Source: Octopus vulgaris (taxonomy: Eukaryota). Taken from it: a stretch of DNA of 64,000 nucleotides. The notes under the pieces are model-generated. The model was not told where the DNA came from. It saw only the letters and a list, made by a program, of their open reading frames with translations, and did no database searches. The stretch is taken from contig OX597816.1 of assembly GCA_951406725.2 (NCBI GenBank), forward strand, positions 139,810,001-139,874,000. Reading direction: 5' to 3'. Numbering within the stretch: the stretch's first letter is position 1; each line of letters starts with the position of its first letter. This document shows positions 28,106 through 42,030 of this stretch, piece after piece. Made by a program: the position numbers and the translations under genes.

Positions 28106-29286
28106 ATAATAAGATGCTTAATGGTTCTAATCCATCTTCTTATTATAAAAGTACCTTGTTCTAAAGAGAAAATATTCTACTGCCTGACATATTAACACTC
28201 AGCACGCTAAAATCTAAGAAATGCTATCGCAATCATACGTACTGTTAGTCAGTGCACATTGCACTTGATCATATCTCGTTTGTTCAGCTAACTTGAACAA
28301 TCTAAAACCAAACCAATTTTCTCTTATGAAAAATAAAAATTATTACGATCAACTTACTCTCAGAATATGCCCTCTATTAAATCCGTTATCTTAGAGGGGA
28401 ATCTTAATGTTCGTTCCACCGATATTTCGCTTATCGTTGCTCGGTGAGAAGTATGCTGGGTTATCTCTTAGTTATTCTTAAGTTGTTCGTTTATCTTCCA
28501 CTCTTTTCTTTTTCTTCTCTGCAGTGGAAAAACAAACTAAGAGTTAAATTCTTTGCCTCGCTTGATGACATTTTTATAGCAATGGACGAAAGAAACGCCA
28601 GTTACAAGAATGGCAAGTACTTAAAGAGAACAGTGATATTTGCCTGTTAATATTTGCTGCTATCTGCTGGGTGGTAGTGATGGCTGGATGTCTCTCATCT
28701 TATAAACCATAAGGGTTTTCAACACTTGCTTGTTGGACCCCCTACTGAGGACATATATTTAAAAGGACGACATATATTTAAAAGGACGGCGAACGTTGGT
28801 TAACTGATCAAAATATCTCTTTACTAATAAATCAAGAATTTTTTTTCAGTGATATATATATATATTGATAAAAACTGTACAATGACTGCCATTGTTATAA
28901 TAGTAACTCCTGAATTGGCACAATTTCTTGTTGCATTCGCATGCGCTCAAAACAGAAACGCACACACACACACACACATGTACATACGCACAAAGACGAA
29001 TATGTAACAGTATAGTATATACAGATGCAGGCGTCGATGTGTAGTAGTAGGAATACACGTGCAGGTTTGGAACTGTATTAAGAAGTTTTCTTCCCAACCC
29101 CACGAGTTCAATTCCACTGCGTGACTGCTTTCGGCAACTTTCTTATACTGCAGCCTCGGGCCGACCAAAGTGTTGTGTGTGGATTTGGTAAACGAAAAGT
29201 GAAAGAAGCATGTCTTGTGTGTGTGTATGTGTGTGTGATAATGATTGTGTTTGTCCCCGCTTGACAAGCTGTGTTGGTTTATTTAC

Positions 29287-29346
<60 letters not shown>

Positions 29347-29653
29347 TGCTCTTCCTTTCTCTACGCCATATCAATAGCGGACGTTGACTTCGATCGGAAA
29401 GCACTGTATGTCTTTCATTTGAGTTTCCTTGTCTACGGTTCTTGGACTAGCTGTAACGTAGTACAAGTCATCCACTCGTGTGAATAACCGTTAGCTCACA
29501 TAGAGCTGATCTGTCCTTTAACAGGTCTTGATTTTGGTCTTGATTTTGGTCCTGCAGAGTGCCCACAAGTCAGGTGGGGGAGCTGGTTTAGTTACCGGCC
29601 ACCCATCCATTAAATAGGTAGTACTAGGTTAGATTGTATTATTAGCAACATTT

Positions 29654-30801
29654 GGATCTTTTCTAAAAGATGGACAGAATTTTCTACTTAACTAAATAAT
29701 TTGAAACTTCGTATACTGGTAGAATGTCAAAAGAAAACATTAATTTCAATTAGTTTTTTGAGAAAAATGTATTTTGTAACTTTTACTTATTTTAATTCTT
29801 CGAATTTTAACCAATCGTATTCTCTGTTTTGAGCTCAATTCATTTGCTGCCGTGTTATTCATCCTTATCACTGTCTTCTCTTTTCTGTCTTCAAAGGCTT
29901 CTCGCATGTTTATTTCAATGTCATCCCTGACTTACGGAACGATTACCTGTGTGTGTGTGTTTTTTTGTTGTGTATGTGTGTGCGTGTGTGTTTGTTGTGT
30001 GTGTATGTTATTGTTGTGTATGTGTGTGTGTGTGTGTGTGTGTTTTTGTTGTGTATGTGTGCGTGTGTGTGTGTGTGTGTTATTGTTGTGTATGTGTGAG
30101 TGTGTTTTTGTTGTGTATGTGTGCGTGTGTGTGTGTGGTTTTTTGTTGTGTATGTGTGCGTGTGTTGTGTATCTCTTAAATCGATGAATTTCGTCACCCA
30201 ATAAAAATATTAATGATATTAAAGTTAAAAAAATATCGTTAATATTTTTATTGGGCGACGAAATTCATCGATTTAAGAGATACACAACACACGCACACAT
30301 ACACAACAAAAAACACACACACACACATACACAACAATAACACACACACACACGCACACATACACAACAAACACACACACACATACACAACAATAACACA
30401 CACACACACACGCACACATACACAACACATACACAAAAATAACACACACACACACAACAAACACACACACGCACACACATACACAACAAAAACACACACA
30501 CACAGGTAATCGTTCCGTAAGTCAGGGATGACATTGAAATAAACATGCGAGAAGCCTTTGAAGACAGAAAACAGAAGACAGTGATAAGGATGAATAACAC
30601 GGCAGCAAATGAATTGAGCTCAAAACAGGGAATACGATTGGTTAAAATTCGAAGAATTAAACTACGTAAAAGTTACAAAATACATTTTTCTCAAAAAAAC
30701 TAATTGAAATTAATGTTTTCTTTTGACACATTCTACCAGTATACGAAGTTTCAAATTATTTAGTTAAGTAGAAAATTCTGTCCATCTTTTAGAAAAGATC
30801 C
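29654..30801. mobile_element. Merlin-type foldback MITE (1148 bp, ~560-bp arms, 8-bp TSD)
   Basis: CAACATTT at 29646-29653 and 30802-30809; GGATCTTTTCTAAAAGATGG..CCATCTTTTAGAAAAGATCC; arms mirror to a centre near 30225. Confidence 0.85.
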
Positions 30802-32382
30802 CAACATTTTCCTGACCTGACCCAAAGAAATGTTTCCCTTAACTAGCGGCTCGGCAAAAGACACCGACAGAATAAGTATCAAGCTTTAAAAAAATAAGTA
30901 CAGGGGTTGATTTGTTCGAATAAACTCCTCAAGATGGTGTCCCAGCATGGCTGCAGTCCAATGACTAAGACAATTAAAACATTTTACAGCTTGATATAAA
31001 CATTCTAGCTTTAAACGTACATCATCGCGCTACCTAATTATAGTTAGGTGGAGTGAGTACAAGAGGTGACAACTTTAATTAGGTAGAGTTAGCTGTACGA
31101 GGTCTTAAAGAGTTAAGTGTCTCAGACAGGGAGTTAATAGTTAACATTGGCTACTAGACTAACAGTCTAAGAACACAGCTAGAAATGATTGTCACACACA
31201 AACTGAAATCAATCTCAAACACTGATATTCTAATCAGGCTGTAAAGCAATCGTACGTTAACTGGACAGTGGCTCTGCCCTGGAGAGGGGTTGATGTGAGC
31301 TTACAAAGGGCTCTGTTGCGTTTAGGATGTGATTTTCGTTAGGAATAAATTGCTTAGAAAGGACTCAGATTATTGCGCTACATATATAAAAAGATGAAAT
31401 GGTCAAGGCTGATTTGTTTTTTATGTTTAGTGAAACTAAGCCGACTTTTTGTGTTAACTAATAACAGTGCCTCTGAGTGGCCATTCAAATAGCAAGAAAT
31501 AACCGCCAGATAGCCCTAAAATCAAACACCTTAGTCATAAAAAGGAAGAAAACATCGGAAAGAAATGTTCCTCATGTATAAGCAGTTCCTGTTTATTTGT
31601 CTTAGCTGTTTCATTAACTGTGGTCCTTACCAAACCGTATAAGCATGCATACTCGCATTTAGATGTATGCCCCGTGTACATGTCTATAATGATAGGAAGA
31701 CGTGCCTATACACATATGAAGACATGCATATTAACATACGAAGACACACCCATACATGTACATATACAGAAATACCAATACTCATCTTGAATGATCTGTG
31801 ATGCAGAAAAAACTGGTGAGCGCAACTATATATAACTTACTTTCTATGCCCTGCTACTCTTTTAGCATTATGTTACCTGTCTTACTGTGAATTCTTTTCA
31901 AGCACATTTCTATGTATTTACCATGTTAATGTAAATGATAATGAACGCATAAGTATCCGCTCGTCTTCTTAATACTCACGTGTGTCTAAAGGCATTTCGA
32001 ATGGAGTTGGTGTTAATGTGCTGCAGTGATACACGTATTATATTCGTGTGAGGATACGTAAGAGGCCGCGAGTTTAGAGTAATAAAGTGTTAAACATGTT
32101 GGTTTATGATGCAGTGATATTATCAGAACTATACATGTTATTTGATATATTGATATTGTCATCTGATAAAATGTTAAGGTTTCTGAGTATGATGTAAAAT
32201 AATCAGCAGGGAATGTTATGATAAACAATTATTCTAAAACATTCAGCAAGTTTGAAACTTTCAGGTGGTTTATGACGTAAATTTACTATATAGAGGGCGG
32301 TGATGCATTCAATAGAGAGAAAACATAGTAGAACTACGAACTAAATGCCTTATATTTTATTTTAATATTTCTAGATTTTGTA

Positions 32383-33040
32383 GGGGCGCGCGGCTTAGTG
32401 GTTAGGGTCTTGAACTCATGATTGTTGTGTTCTTGAGCTATCCAGTCCATTCAGCTGGCAAAAATGAATAATTTTGCAACGGACTGGCGTCCCGTCCAGG
32501 AAGAAATATATGTACCAGGAAAACCGGTCCTATGAGCTGAGGTTTCGAACCGGCAGAATCGTTAGCATGCTGGGCAATATGCTTAGCAGCATTTCATCCC
32601 TTCTTTACGTTCTAAGTTCAAATTCCGTTGGAGTCAGCTTTGCCTTTCATCGATAGAATAAGTACCACTAGAGTACTGGGTCGATGTAATCGACTAGCCC
32701 CCTCCCCCGAAATTACTAGCCTTGTCCCAAAATTTGAAGCCAATATTTCTAAGTTCTGAGTTCAATCTTCATTAGGGTACAGCTCATTTTTTCATATTGC
32801 TGAGGACAATAAAATATACACCTGTACTATACTGGAATTGATTCGATTCACGTTTTCCAGTTAAAAGAAATCAGTATTACCTTTGATTAAGGTGGTGAAC
32901 CGGTAAAATCGTTAGCACGCCGAGTAAAATGCTTAGCGGCATTTCTCCTGTCTTTACGTTCTGAGTTCAAATTTGGCCGAAGTCGACTTTGCCGTTCATC
33001 CTTTCGGGTTGATAAAATGAATACCAGTTGAGCACCGGTA
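32383..33040 (+). mobile_element. SINE C fragment followed by two SINE B copies
   Basis: gcggcttagtggttaggg..ggactggcgtcccgtccagg, then family B motifs at about 32545 and 32890. Confidence 0.7.
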
Positions 33041-35057
33041 TATGAGTACCAGTTGAAAACTCATATATATTTTCCATGTTAAAGAAATTTTGAAACCTCA
33101 CCTTTATATAGTTTGTGGAGGTTTTAGTTGTGAATTGTTGAGAACAGTGGTTTCCAACTATTTTTTGCCTAAGGAGCCTAAAAAAAAAATCCTAATGTAT
33201 TTTTATAATCAAATATTATTAGGCATTGTAAAAAACAAAAAAAGAATGAAAATTAAAATATTTTGTGTATTGTAAAAGTAGAGGCAATTTATTGCAAATA
33301 AATTTTAACAAAATCAGGGCAATTAGTTTAGGAGTGCAACAGGCTTTGTGTTGAGTATTTCATTGATAAGTGTAGTGATTATTTATTTATTTATTTTGTG
33401 CTGTTGAAGAAGATTAGTTCGTCATATGTATAGAAAGGCGTTTCGAAGGTCTTTGTTTATGGATGTAGTACTTATCCATTAAGCGTCTCTATTGTAAAGG
33501 GCTCATTCTAGTGTGTGAAAGACTAAAAAGAAGTGAAAAGTGATATCATTTGCCAAAGTGTGTTTTTACTAGACATATGTCATTTATCCAAATATAGTAA
33601 CCTAAATGAAGCCTGGAATGCACTAAAGTCAATGAAATGCGTGCCACAGAGAGCTCGACATAGACCTTCCAGCAACTAGTGGAATCTATAAACGGACAAT
33701 TTTTCTAGATTTCGGCACCTCACAACTTAGAAACTTTGTTGAACTCTGTAGCCTCAATATTGCTACCACCGGACTTCTGAAGGGTAAGAAAGCACTAGAA
33801 TGGGATACATGAGAGTAGATGCAGGGGTTTGTATTAAAGATACATTCCAAGATGTTTGAGCAATGGTCAAAAGTCGCATTAAGTCCTTCCGTGCACCTCT
33901 GACATATACCATTTAGTTTCATTAAATTTCTGATAATAACTTCTGATAATTTTTCTCCATTGGGGCATTTCATGCACAAGCAAAAAAGAGTGATTTTCGT
34001 TTTAATTTCGAAATATGAAGAAATCATTGAACTAAGAAATAAGAAACAAAAATAAATAGAAGAATCATACCCGACATAAATGATTTGAATTATATAGATA
34101 TTGAAATACAATTACAGTTTGATGTGTTAATTCAGATGTCCTTTTGAATCAGATGTCTTCTAGAACGTTCACAGGATATAAAAATAAAAACTATCCATGA
34201 AAACACACAAGAAATATTTCAGATCAATAATGTATATTTTTAGTCTTGACTTTACAATTCCAGAAATGAATACTTAGAAGTGTCACTTTTCGGTATATTT
34301 TAGGTCTCATGTATAGAATTTTTGCAGGATAGGTATAATTAGGATAAATGTATGAAGACGCCATTTTTCGCCTGCGGTGATTGTAATCAGTAAGTTTCGT
34401 GAGAAAATGAGTCAAACAAAACACATGTTTATTGGAGACAATGAGAAAATTAATGAGAACAAAAGACACCGAAATATATAAATAGAAAAATAATGTAAGG
34501 TAGATTGTTAGATGTATGAATATTGTAGCGTTGGTGGCAACAACTAATATTTAATAATGACAACAAAGTGAATTTATTGCTGGAAACAAAATATAATAAT
34601 AACGATATCTTACACAGACATAAGCCATAAATTTTCTGTGAGGAGGAGAAGAACAAGGAAGTGGACAACAAGAAAGAGGAGGAAGAAGTACTGCTGATTA
34701 TATTAACCACAATACTTCAATGGTACCTATTTTATCGGCCTCCAGAAAGATAATGGCGAAATTGGCAGAATTTACGGTACGTTTAGGGACGTATCTAAAC
34801 ATCACAAAACACTTCATCTGATGCTCCACCGAGTATACCAACAACCACTCAAATAATAAGGATTTTTAATGTAGGCACAGATTTCATAAATTGTGGGGAG
34901 AGTTATGGTCGACTGACTCATCTTCCAGTACATTACTGGTTACATTTTACCAACTGCGGATGATTGAAACAGAGTTGACTTCGGTAGGGTTTGAAAATTA
35001 ACCGAAACAACTTAAAATCGCCTGGTATTTAATCCGTAACTCTACTATTTCGTCCAG

Positions 35058-35104
<47 letters not shown>

Positions 35105-35656
35105 CCTCTCTATTTATTCATCCATCTCTAGTTCTCATTAACGTGCTAACGTTACTTATGCAGAAGCCGAATCGCTAGCCACGGTGCTCTCTTTGCAACA
35201 AATTAATTTGATACTTTGGCTCACCGACACTCAAATACATTCTCTTCTCTTTCGATCCAAACCCACACTTTGCCACACAACACCACTACCATTACCCCCA
35301 TCAATAGCTAATAAAGAAGAACCTCGTCACCTGCTACGGAAAACATCTGTTTCATACTTTTAATTCAGTCAGCTTGGACATATTTTTCTTTTCTCTTCTT
35401 TTCTTTTGCTCTGTTGGTTTATCTAATACTTTGTTCCATTATCTTTGAAAGCAAATATATTAAACACATTACCAATCTGAGACAGCAAACTAGGTTACCA
35501 GAACCATAAGTACCATTTTGCCATCTTTCACAAAACCATCCCTTATAACCACAGAAATCAGCCAAGTGGATTACACGAAGTTTTGCCGCTGCAATCCAGG
35601 CAAACAATACTGCTGCAACACCTGGACGAAGGATCCTATCCGCTACATCTGGGAGG

Positions 35657-35710
<54 letters not shown>

Positions 35711-35810
35711 ATATTAATTAGAGACAAAACCACTATTATGCAAATCAAACAAAGAAAGACTTAATCCAATACATAAAAAATTTTATATAAATTAAATAAA
35801 ATTAAGTTAT

Positions 35811-35856
35811 CCACTACAATTGTTTCTTGTCACTTCTAAGGACATTCATCAGGTGG
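35811..35856 (-). ncRNA. Minimal type I hammerhead ribozyme with canonical core
   Basis: CCAC-CTGATGA-A-TGTC-cttagaagt-GACA-A-GAAA-C-AATT-G-TA-GTGG; lies in a ~280-bp insert between (TA)n tracts. Confidence 0.75.
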
Positions 35857-35980
35857 TTTTCAGACCTTCTATTCAATTTTAGTCTCTAATTAATTATTAT
35901 ATAATATTTTACTATAAAATTGGATTCAATCCTAAATCTGATTTTTCCCTGTAAATTTGGATTTATTCCCTAATATTTAT

Positions 35981-36032
<52 letters not shown>

Positions 36033-36097
36033 GTAGGTCCCGGGTTGATTCGGGGTTAACCACAGTAAGTAAGGTACTCAATACATAGCAGAGTAAA

Positions 36098-36216
36098 ATT
36101 AATTTATTATATAGAAGGAGCTTCTACAGGACTAGTACTGTTTCATTCAAGAGAAATCTTCTCTTGAATGAAACAGTACTAGTCCTGTAGAAGCTCCTTC
36201 TATATAATAAATTAAT
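36098..36216. repeat. Perfect palindrome, 58-bp arms, 3-nt spacer
   Basis: Centre ttcaagagaa-atc-ttctcttgaa; TA tracts on both sides of the insert. Confidence 0.9.
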
Positions 36217-36367
36217 ATATATATATACATATATTTACTACTACAAAATCTACAAAATTGTACTCTGAAAGGCAAAGGATGCCTTCGTGCAAGCTCTTCG
36301 AACACACAAAATGCAACATAGATTCAGGATCCCTGCCAAGAAGGTCTCTACGTCCTTTGAAAAATCT

Positions 36368-36786
36368 TGTGTAGTAAGAAGCTCGCTTCCCAACCAGATG
36401 GTTCCAGGTTCAGTCTCACTGCGTGGCACCTTGGGTGAGTGTCGTCTACTATAACCTTTGGCCAATCAAAGCCTTGTGTGTGGATTTGGTAGACGTAAAC
36501 TGAAGGAAGCGTGTCGTATATGTGTGTGTGCGTGCGTGCGCGTGCATGTGTGTGTGTCACTGTGTCTGTGTTTGTCCCCCGATCATCGCTTGACAACCGG
36601 TGTTGGTGTGTTTACGTCCCCTGTAACCTAACGGTTCGGCAAAAGAGATCGATAGAACAAGTACTAGGATTCCAAAGAATAAGTCCTGGGGTCGATTTCT
36701 TCGGCTAAAACCTTTTAAGGCAGTACTCCAGCACGGCCACAGTCAAATGACTGAAATGTGTAAATGAAAAAAAAGAATAAAAGAAT
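36368..36786 (+). mobile_element. SINE family A, diverged
   Basis: Head, core and tail motifs present. Confidence 0.85.
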
Positions 36787-36954
36787 ACAATTCATCAACA
36801 AAGATAGCTCTATTTAATAAGAGTCATTCATTTGCTGTTCGTTTCATCTCCAGCTCCTCATTGCTGGAAAAAGTTCATCAGAGCTCTGCTCTCCTCTCAC
36901 AGTACTAATCGCCACGTATAAAATTCATTCTATCACTTCAAACCTACTTGATGC

Positions 36955-37300
36955 ATCGAACTTTGGTGTCATGAGTTAAACCAGTTACCGAAATCGACGT
37001 CACTGCACTGTTCCAAAGGTTCCGCTCATTCCATCTAGGGTAAATACCAGGTATTGTAATATCTTGGGATTCGAATGCCCACAGTTATTTAATATCTTGC
37101 CAGAAGGTCTGAGAGTCCTACATGGAATGGGTTTAGAAGTTTTTAAGAAATGACTTAACCTCCTTTTGTCCAAGGTCCCTCATGTACTTACATCACAGCG
37201 AGACTCAAAAATCAATCACGAAAGAATGATGTTTGAAAAAGTGATAATACAAGCGGTGCTCCAGCATGGCTACAGTCTTTGGGCTGAAACGCACGAAAGA
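36955..37300 (+). mobile_element. CR1/L2-group LINE 3' end
   Basis: RHCTVPKV..RYCNILGFECPQLFNILPEGLR..EVFKK*LNLLLSKVP, then 3' UTR ending gcggtgctccagcatggctacagtc..ctgaaac. Confidence 0.7.
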
Positions 37301-37321
37301 AAGATATTAAAATAATGTGTG

Positions 37322-37870
37322 TGTGTTCGGGCTAAATTTGACAGTTTGTTTAAAAGGAAAAGAAAACACATTATGCCATCCCAAAATAAAAGTATTTTTT
37401 AAAAAGTCAAAAGATATCAACTAGATTATGGCTGGGAGATAGCAGATTATTCAAAGTAGCCTCTCTCAGCTTCCACCACGGTCTCAAGACAGCTTCGAAA
37501 GCTGATGCATGCTTTTCTCACTGTGAGCCTAGGAAGATCTTCGAATACCCCCTTGATCTTGACTACCAACTCCACCATGGTGTTGCAGGCAGAGTAGTTT
37601 GTATCTTTCTCAACCGCGTCTCACACATAATAATGAATGGGATTGCAATCAGGCGAGTTAGGAGGTTAGAAATTGGGGCTGGTGAGGTCGCAGAAATCCT
37701 CCGACACCCACATCTGACTCTTCCCGGAGGTATAGCGCGGAGCCGAACCCAGCTGTCACATATATGGCCTTCCAGCAACGCTCTCCAGGCAGAGTTTGAC
37801 CACAATCTGCAGCAGTTCCACACAGCCATCTGAATTGGGTCTGTGACTCTGGTCCTGCAGTTGTTGGGGG
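37322..37870 (-). mobile_element. DD37D (maT-like) Tc1/mariner 3' half
   Basis: Minus-strand remnants of GRPY..SAP..TSGKSQ..TSPNF*PPNSPDCNPIHYYV; TIR gtgttcgggctaaatttga; same family as 59588-60428. Confidence 0.75.
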
Positions 37871-37949
37871 AATTCCGCCGCGCAAGCGCAGTGATAACGT
37901 CTGCGGTGTCACTTTCTACTGGTAGAACACCCACCCCACCTACTATCAC

Positions 37950-38199
37950 TTCTTTCTACAACTGAAGAAATACCTCAAGGGAACGAAATTTCACTCCGAT
38001 TCGGAAGTGATCGGTGCTACAGAGGCCTGGCTGGAGGCTCAACCTTCCGAGTTTCCTTTTACAGCGCTTAGAAAAACTGAAGGACCAGTGCAGTAAGTGT
38101 TGTGAATCTGAGCAGGGAATATGTTGAATAAAATCATAATTAACTGATCCTCCTATATTTTCTTTTGCCCAAAGCCAGGAACTTTTCAGCACCCCTCGT

Positions 38200-38200
<1 letters not shown>
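37950..38200 (+). mobile_element. mariner 3' end
   Basis: LKKYLKGTKFHSDSEVIGATEAWLEAQ..EYVE*, then TIR ggaacttttcagcacccctcgtg-TA. Confidence 0.75.
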
Positions 38201-38242
<42 letters not shown>

Positions 38243-38759
38243 TGTAATTTTAGTCTGCTATCCTTTTCTCCAGGTACTGAGTTGCAGTCATGCTAGGGAA
38301 CCGTCTTTAAGGGTTTAGTCGAGCACTCCGACCCCGTTAATTATTTTTAAGTGCAATACAAAGTACGTATAGAATACCAGTCAAATACTAAGATCAATAA
38401 CATCGACTAATCTTCACCTCTCAAAATTACTACTTTTGTACCGAAATTTGAAACTATTATCATTATTGCTAAAATCGTTAAAGCGCCGGAGAAAATGCTT
38501 AGCGGCATTTTATCCGTCTATACATTCTGAGTTCAAATTTCTCTGACTTTGACTTCGCCTTCTATCCTTTCGGGGTCAATGAAATAAGTACCAATCGCGT
38601 GCAGGGGTCGATGTAATAGACTTCCCTTTTCCCCAATATTTCAAATTTTGTACCTGTAGTAAAAAAAGATTTAAAAAGTGCATTGCATTGCATTTAACCA
38701 AGACAGTCGATGTCAATTCGTGTACAAAGTAGGTCGGTATGTATCTTTTATCTTTCATC

Positions 38760-38962
38760 TTTCACTTGTGTTAGTCCCTGGTCAGTGGCCATGCTGGGGC
38801 ACCCCCTTCAAATGTGTTCAGTCGAACGAATCGCTCCATGTACTTATTTTTAAACCCTAATATTTATTATATCAGTCTCTACTCTTTACCAAACAGCTCT
38901 GTTACGGGGACGTAAACAAAAACACACCGGTTGTCAAGCGGCGGGCAGGACAAAGACAGATA

Positions 38963-39005
<43 letters not shown>

Positions 39006-39155
39006 ACACACACACACACACACACACATACACATATTCGGTTGGCTTTTTTCAATTTCTGTCTACGAAACCCACTCACAAGACTGCCACGCAATGAGAC
39101 TGAACCCAGAACCATGTGATTGGGAAGCAACTTTCTTACTATACTGCTGTGCCAT
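38760..39155 (-). mobile_element. SINE family A, degraded
   Basis: ggccatgctggggcac..ggttgtcaagcg..ctgaacccagaaccatgtg. Confidence 0.7.
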
Positions 39156-40132
39156 GTAAAATTCTTTCACACATATTTAACGAAATAGAACACTGAAAAA
39201 TAGAATCAGAGAAAAGAAAAAAGGGATATGGGCGGTTTGCCAAAGAGAAAATGCAAAAATTGCGTTGTGCAGCAATATGCTATGAAGTGCACTAAACAGT
39301 TAGAATTAACTTACGCTAATTAATCCAAGTTGTTGTTTTGTATTCTGATTCGTTTTTACCAGACTAATCTTCCATAAAGAGGCGGAAAATACAGCAAAAG
39401 AAATATAAGCGTAATTTTCTTTTTCTTATAGAACAGACGAGAATGACCAAAGGTTATGTAAGCATTCCTTTATTATGCTACTGCCTAATGAGATCATTAA
39501 CAGGCGCATCGAACTTCGTATTCTTCAGATCTTTAATGGGTTCGCAGCAAGAGCGGCAAGGAGTTCACCAGATGTCTATTTTCCCCTGGAGATGAATAGT
39601 GGGAGGGGAGGCGGAATAACTAGAAACGACGAAAATAAGCATGAAGACATTTATAAACTAATTCTTTCCTTAGAACAACATTGGAGGCATGATTTCGTAT
39701 AATACAAACTATCAAATCGCTTTCTTCCCCTTCAATTATACAACATCAAAATGCTCATAAAAAAGGAAGCTTGTTAAAAGACCAAAGGGAAGCGAATTAT
39801 TTATTATAATTTCATGTAACCATATCTAGGCACAGACGGCGCTACTGCAACAATAAACCGCGAATCTTTTTATAGCGCATTATTTGCCTATAGTTTTATA
39901 ATTCTTTCTATTTCTCTTCAGTAGAAATGGGTGCGGTGCTTTTCAACGGAACAGCTAAATTTCTGTCTCACTTCATCTTCAGGCTAATATAATGATTCCA
40001 TAATTAGAATCTTCGCCATTCGTCTTCTCTTACGTTAGTGTGGTCAGTGAAGCGATGTGAGCTAGAATGACCAGCTGAACCTTTATAAATTTCGTCCTTC
40101 AGTGGATACTAACTTAATAGAACATACATACA

Positions 40133-40214
<82 letters not shown>

Positions 40215-40436
40215 GAGAGAGATTGAGAGAAAGAGAGAGAGAAAGATAATATAGATAGATTGATAGATAGATATACAGGTAAATGTATGCGTTTGGGTGT
40301 GTTTGATCACAGAGCTGCGAACATATCAAGAGTTTACCGATGTATTTAGATCTGTCTCCCCATTTGTATATCATATATGTGCATGATTGTATGTGTGTGT
40401 ATGCGTGCATGTATGCATATGTGTGTATGCGTGTGC

Positions 40437-40499
<63 letters not shown>

Positions 40500-41154
40500 T
40501 ATATATATATTTATCATAATAATAAATATATACATATATATATATACATACTCATATACTTACACACACACATGCATACAAACGCACACATATAGCTGTG
40601 TATTTGTATGTTTGTATGTATGCATACATATGTATGTTTTATGTAATCGGAGGACGAAAATGATATGCATCTCATATCTTTGTAGATCCTACTCCACTCC
40701 AAAACTTGTAGGCTCGTTACCTTGATGCGCATAGAATATTCTCACATGGTTACGTATAAACATCCTTATACATATATGCTTTCATACACACATACCTATA
40801 TAGTTACATACCTGTGTACATAGACACATAAATAGACACGTACGTACATACATACATACATACATACATACATACATACATACATACATACATACATGCA
40901 TACATACATACATACATACATACATACATACATACATACATACATACATACATACATACATACATACATACATACGGACGAACGGATGTACATAAACATG
41001 TGTGCAGCGCAATTACGGGCATTTCTGCAAAAACACTCATGAGCAGACATACAGGTACACTAAGTTTTTGTAAATCTTAGGGGCAGGAAAAAACAATTTG
41101 ATATGATTAACTCTTAAAGACTTGATGCACAACTTAAGAACATGATACATATTT

Positions 41155-41384
41155 ACTTTTTTACTCTTTTACTTGTTTCAGTCATTTGACTGTGGCCATG
41201 CTAGAGCACCGCCTTTAGTCGAGCAAATCGACCCCAGGACTTCTACTTTGTAAACCTAGTACTTATTCTATCGGTCTCTTTTGCCGAACCTCTACGTTAC
41301 GGCGACATAAACACACCAGCATCGGTTGTCAAGCGATGTTGGGTGGGGACAAACACAGACACCCAAACATATACACACACATAC

Positions 41385-41432
<48 letters not shown>

Positions 41433-41592
41433 CGGGCTTCTTGCAGTTTCCGTCTACCAAATCCACTCACAAGGCATTGGTCGGCCCGAGGCTATAGTAG
41501 AAGACACCTGCCCAAGGTGCCACGCAGTGGGACTGAACCCGGAACCATGTAGTTCGTAAGCAAGCTACTTACCACACAGCCACTCCTACGCC
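41155..41592 (-). mobile_element. SINE family A, full length
   Basis: Reverse complement of the family A consensus. Confidence 0.9.
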
Positions 41593-41799
41593 TATATTTG
41601 TGATACATTTATTCCAAAGGCCTATCATTTCTCCCATCCACCGTCTATGATGGATGGGAGACATTACAAAGATGTAATCTCAGAGTATAGCCATGGACAA
41701 TACCAAATCGATAGCTGTGTTTTTTGCTCAAAACATCGACACATCGGCGTGACAATTGTGAAGTAGTATAAGTATATATCAAGCACGATAGACAAACAA

Positions 41800-42030
41800 T
41801 TTGGTCACAATAATCTGAAACAAGTATATTCAGACGACAAGGAGATCTTGGTGAACCATCCAAATATAATTATCGAGGATAAGGATGAAAAACTCTTTTT
41901 TCTGAAAGACATCTCGACTCTTTCTAGCCAACTCAATGTCAGACAAAAAGTCAAGAATCCATCAATGTACTAGGACCTTAAAACAGAAATAAGCAGGATG
42001 TGGGATAAAACAGGAAAAAACAGTACCAAG
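41800..42030 (+). mobile_element. Degraded R4/Dong-like endonuclease fragment
   Basis: DKEILVNHPNIIIEDKDEK..DIS..Y*DLKTEISRMW. Confidence 0.55.

Noticed and set aside
28444-28650. Possible exon after a ttctctgcag acceptor near 28523
   Set aside because: No clear canonical donor or recognisable peptide
33686-34111. 141-aa ORF or possible transposase relic
   Set aside because: No convincing motif on either strand
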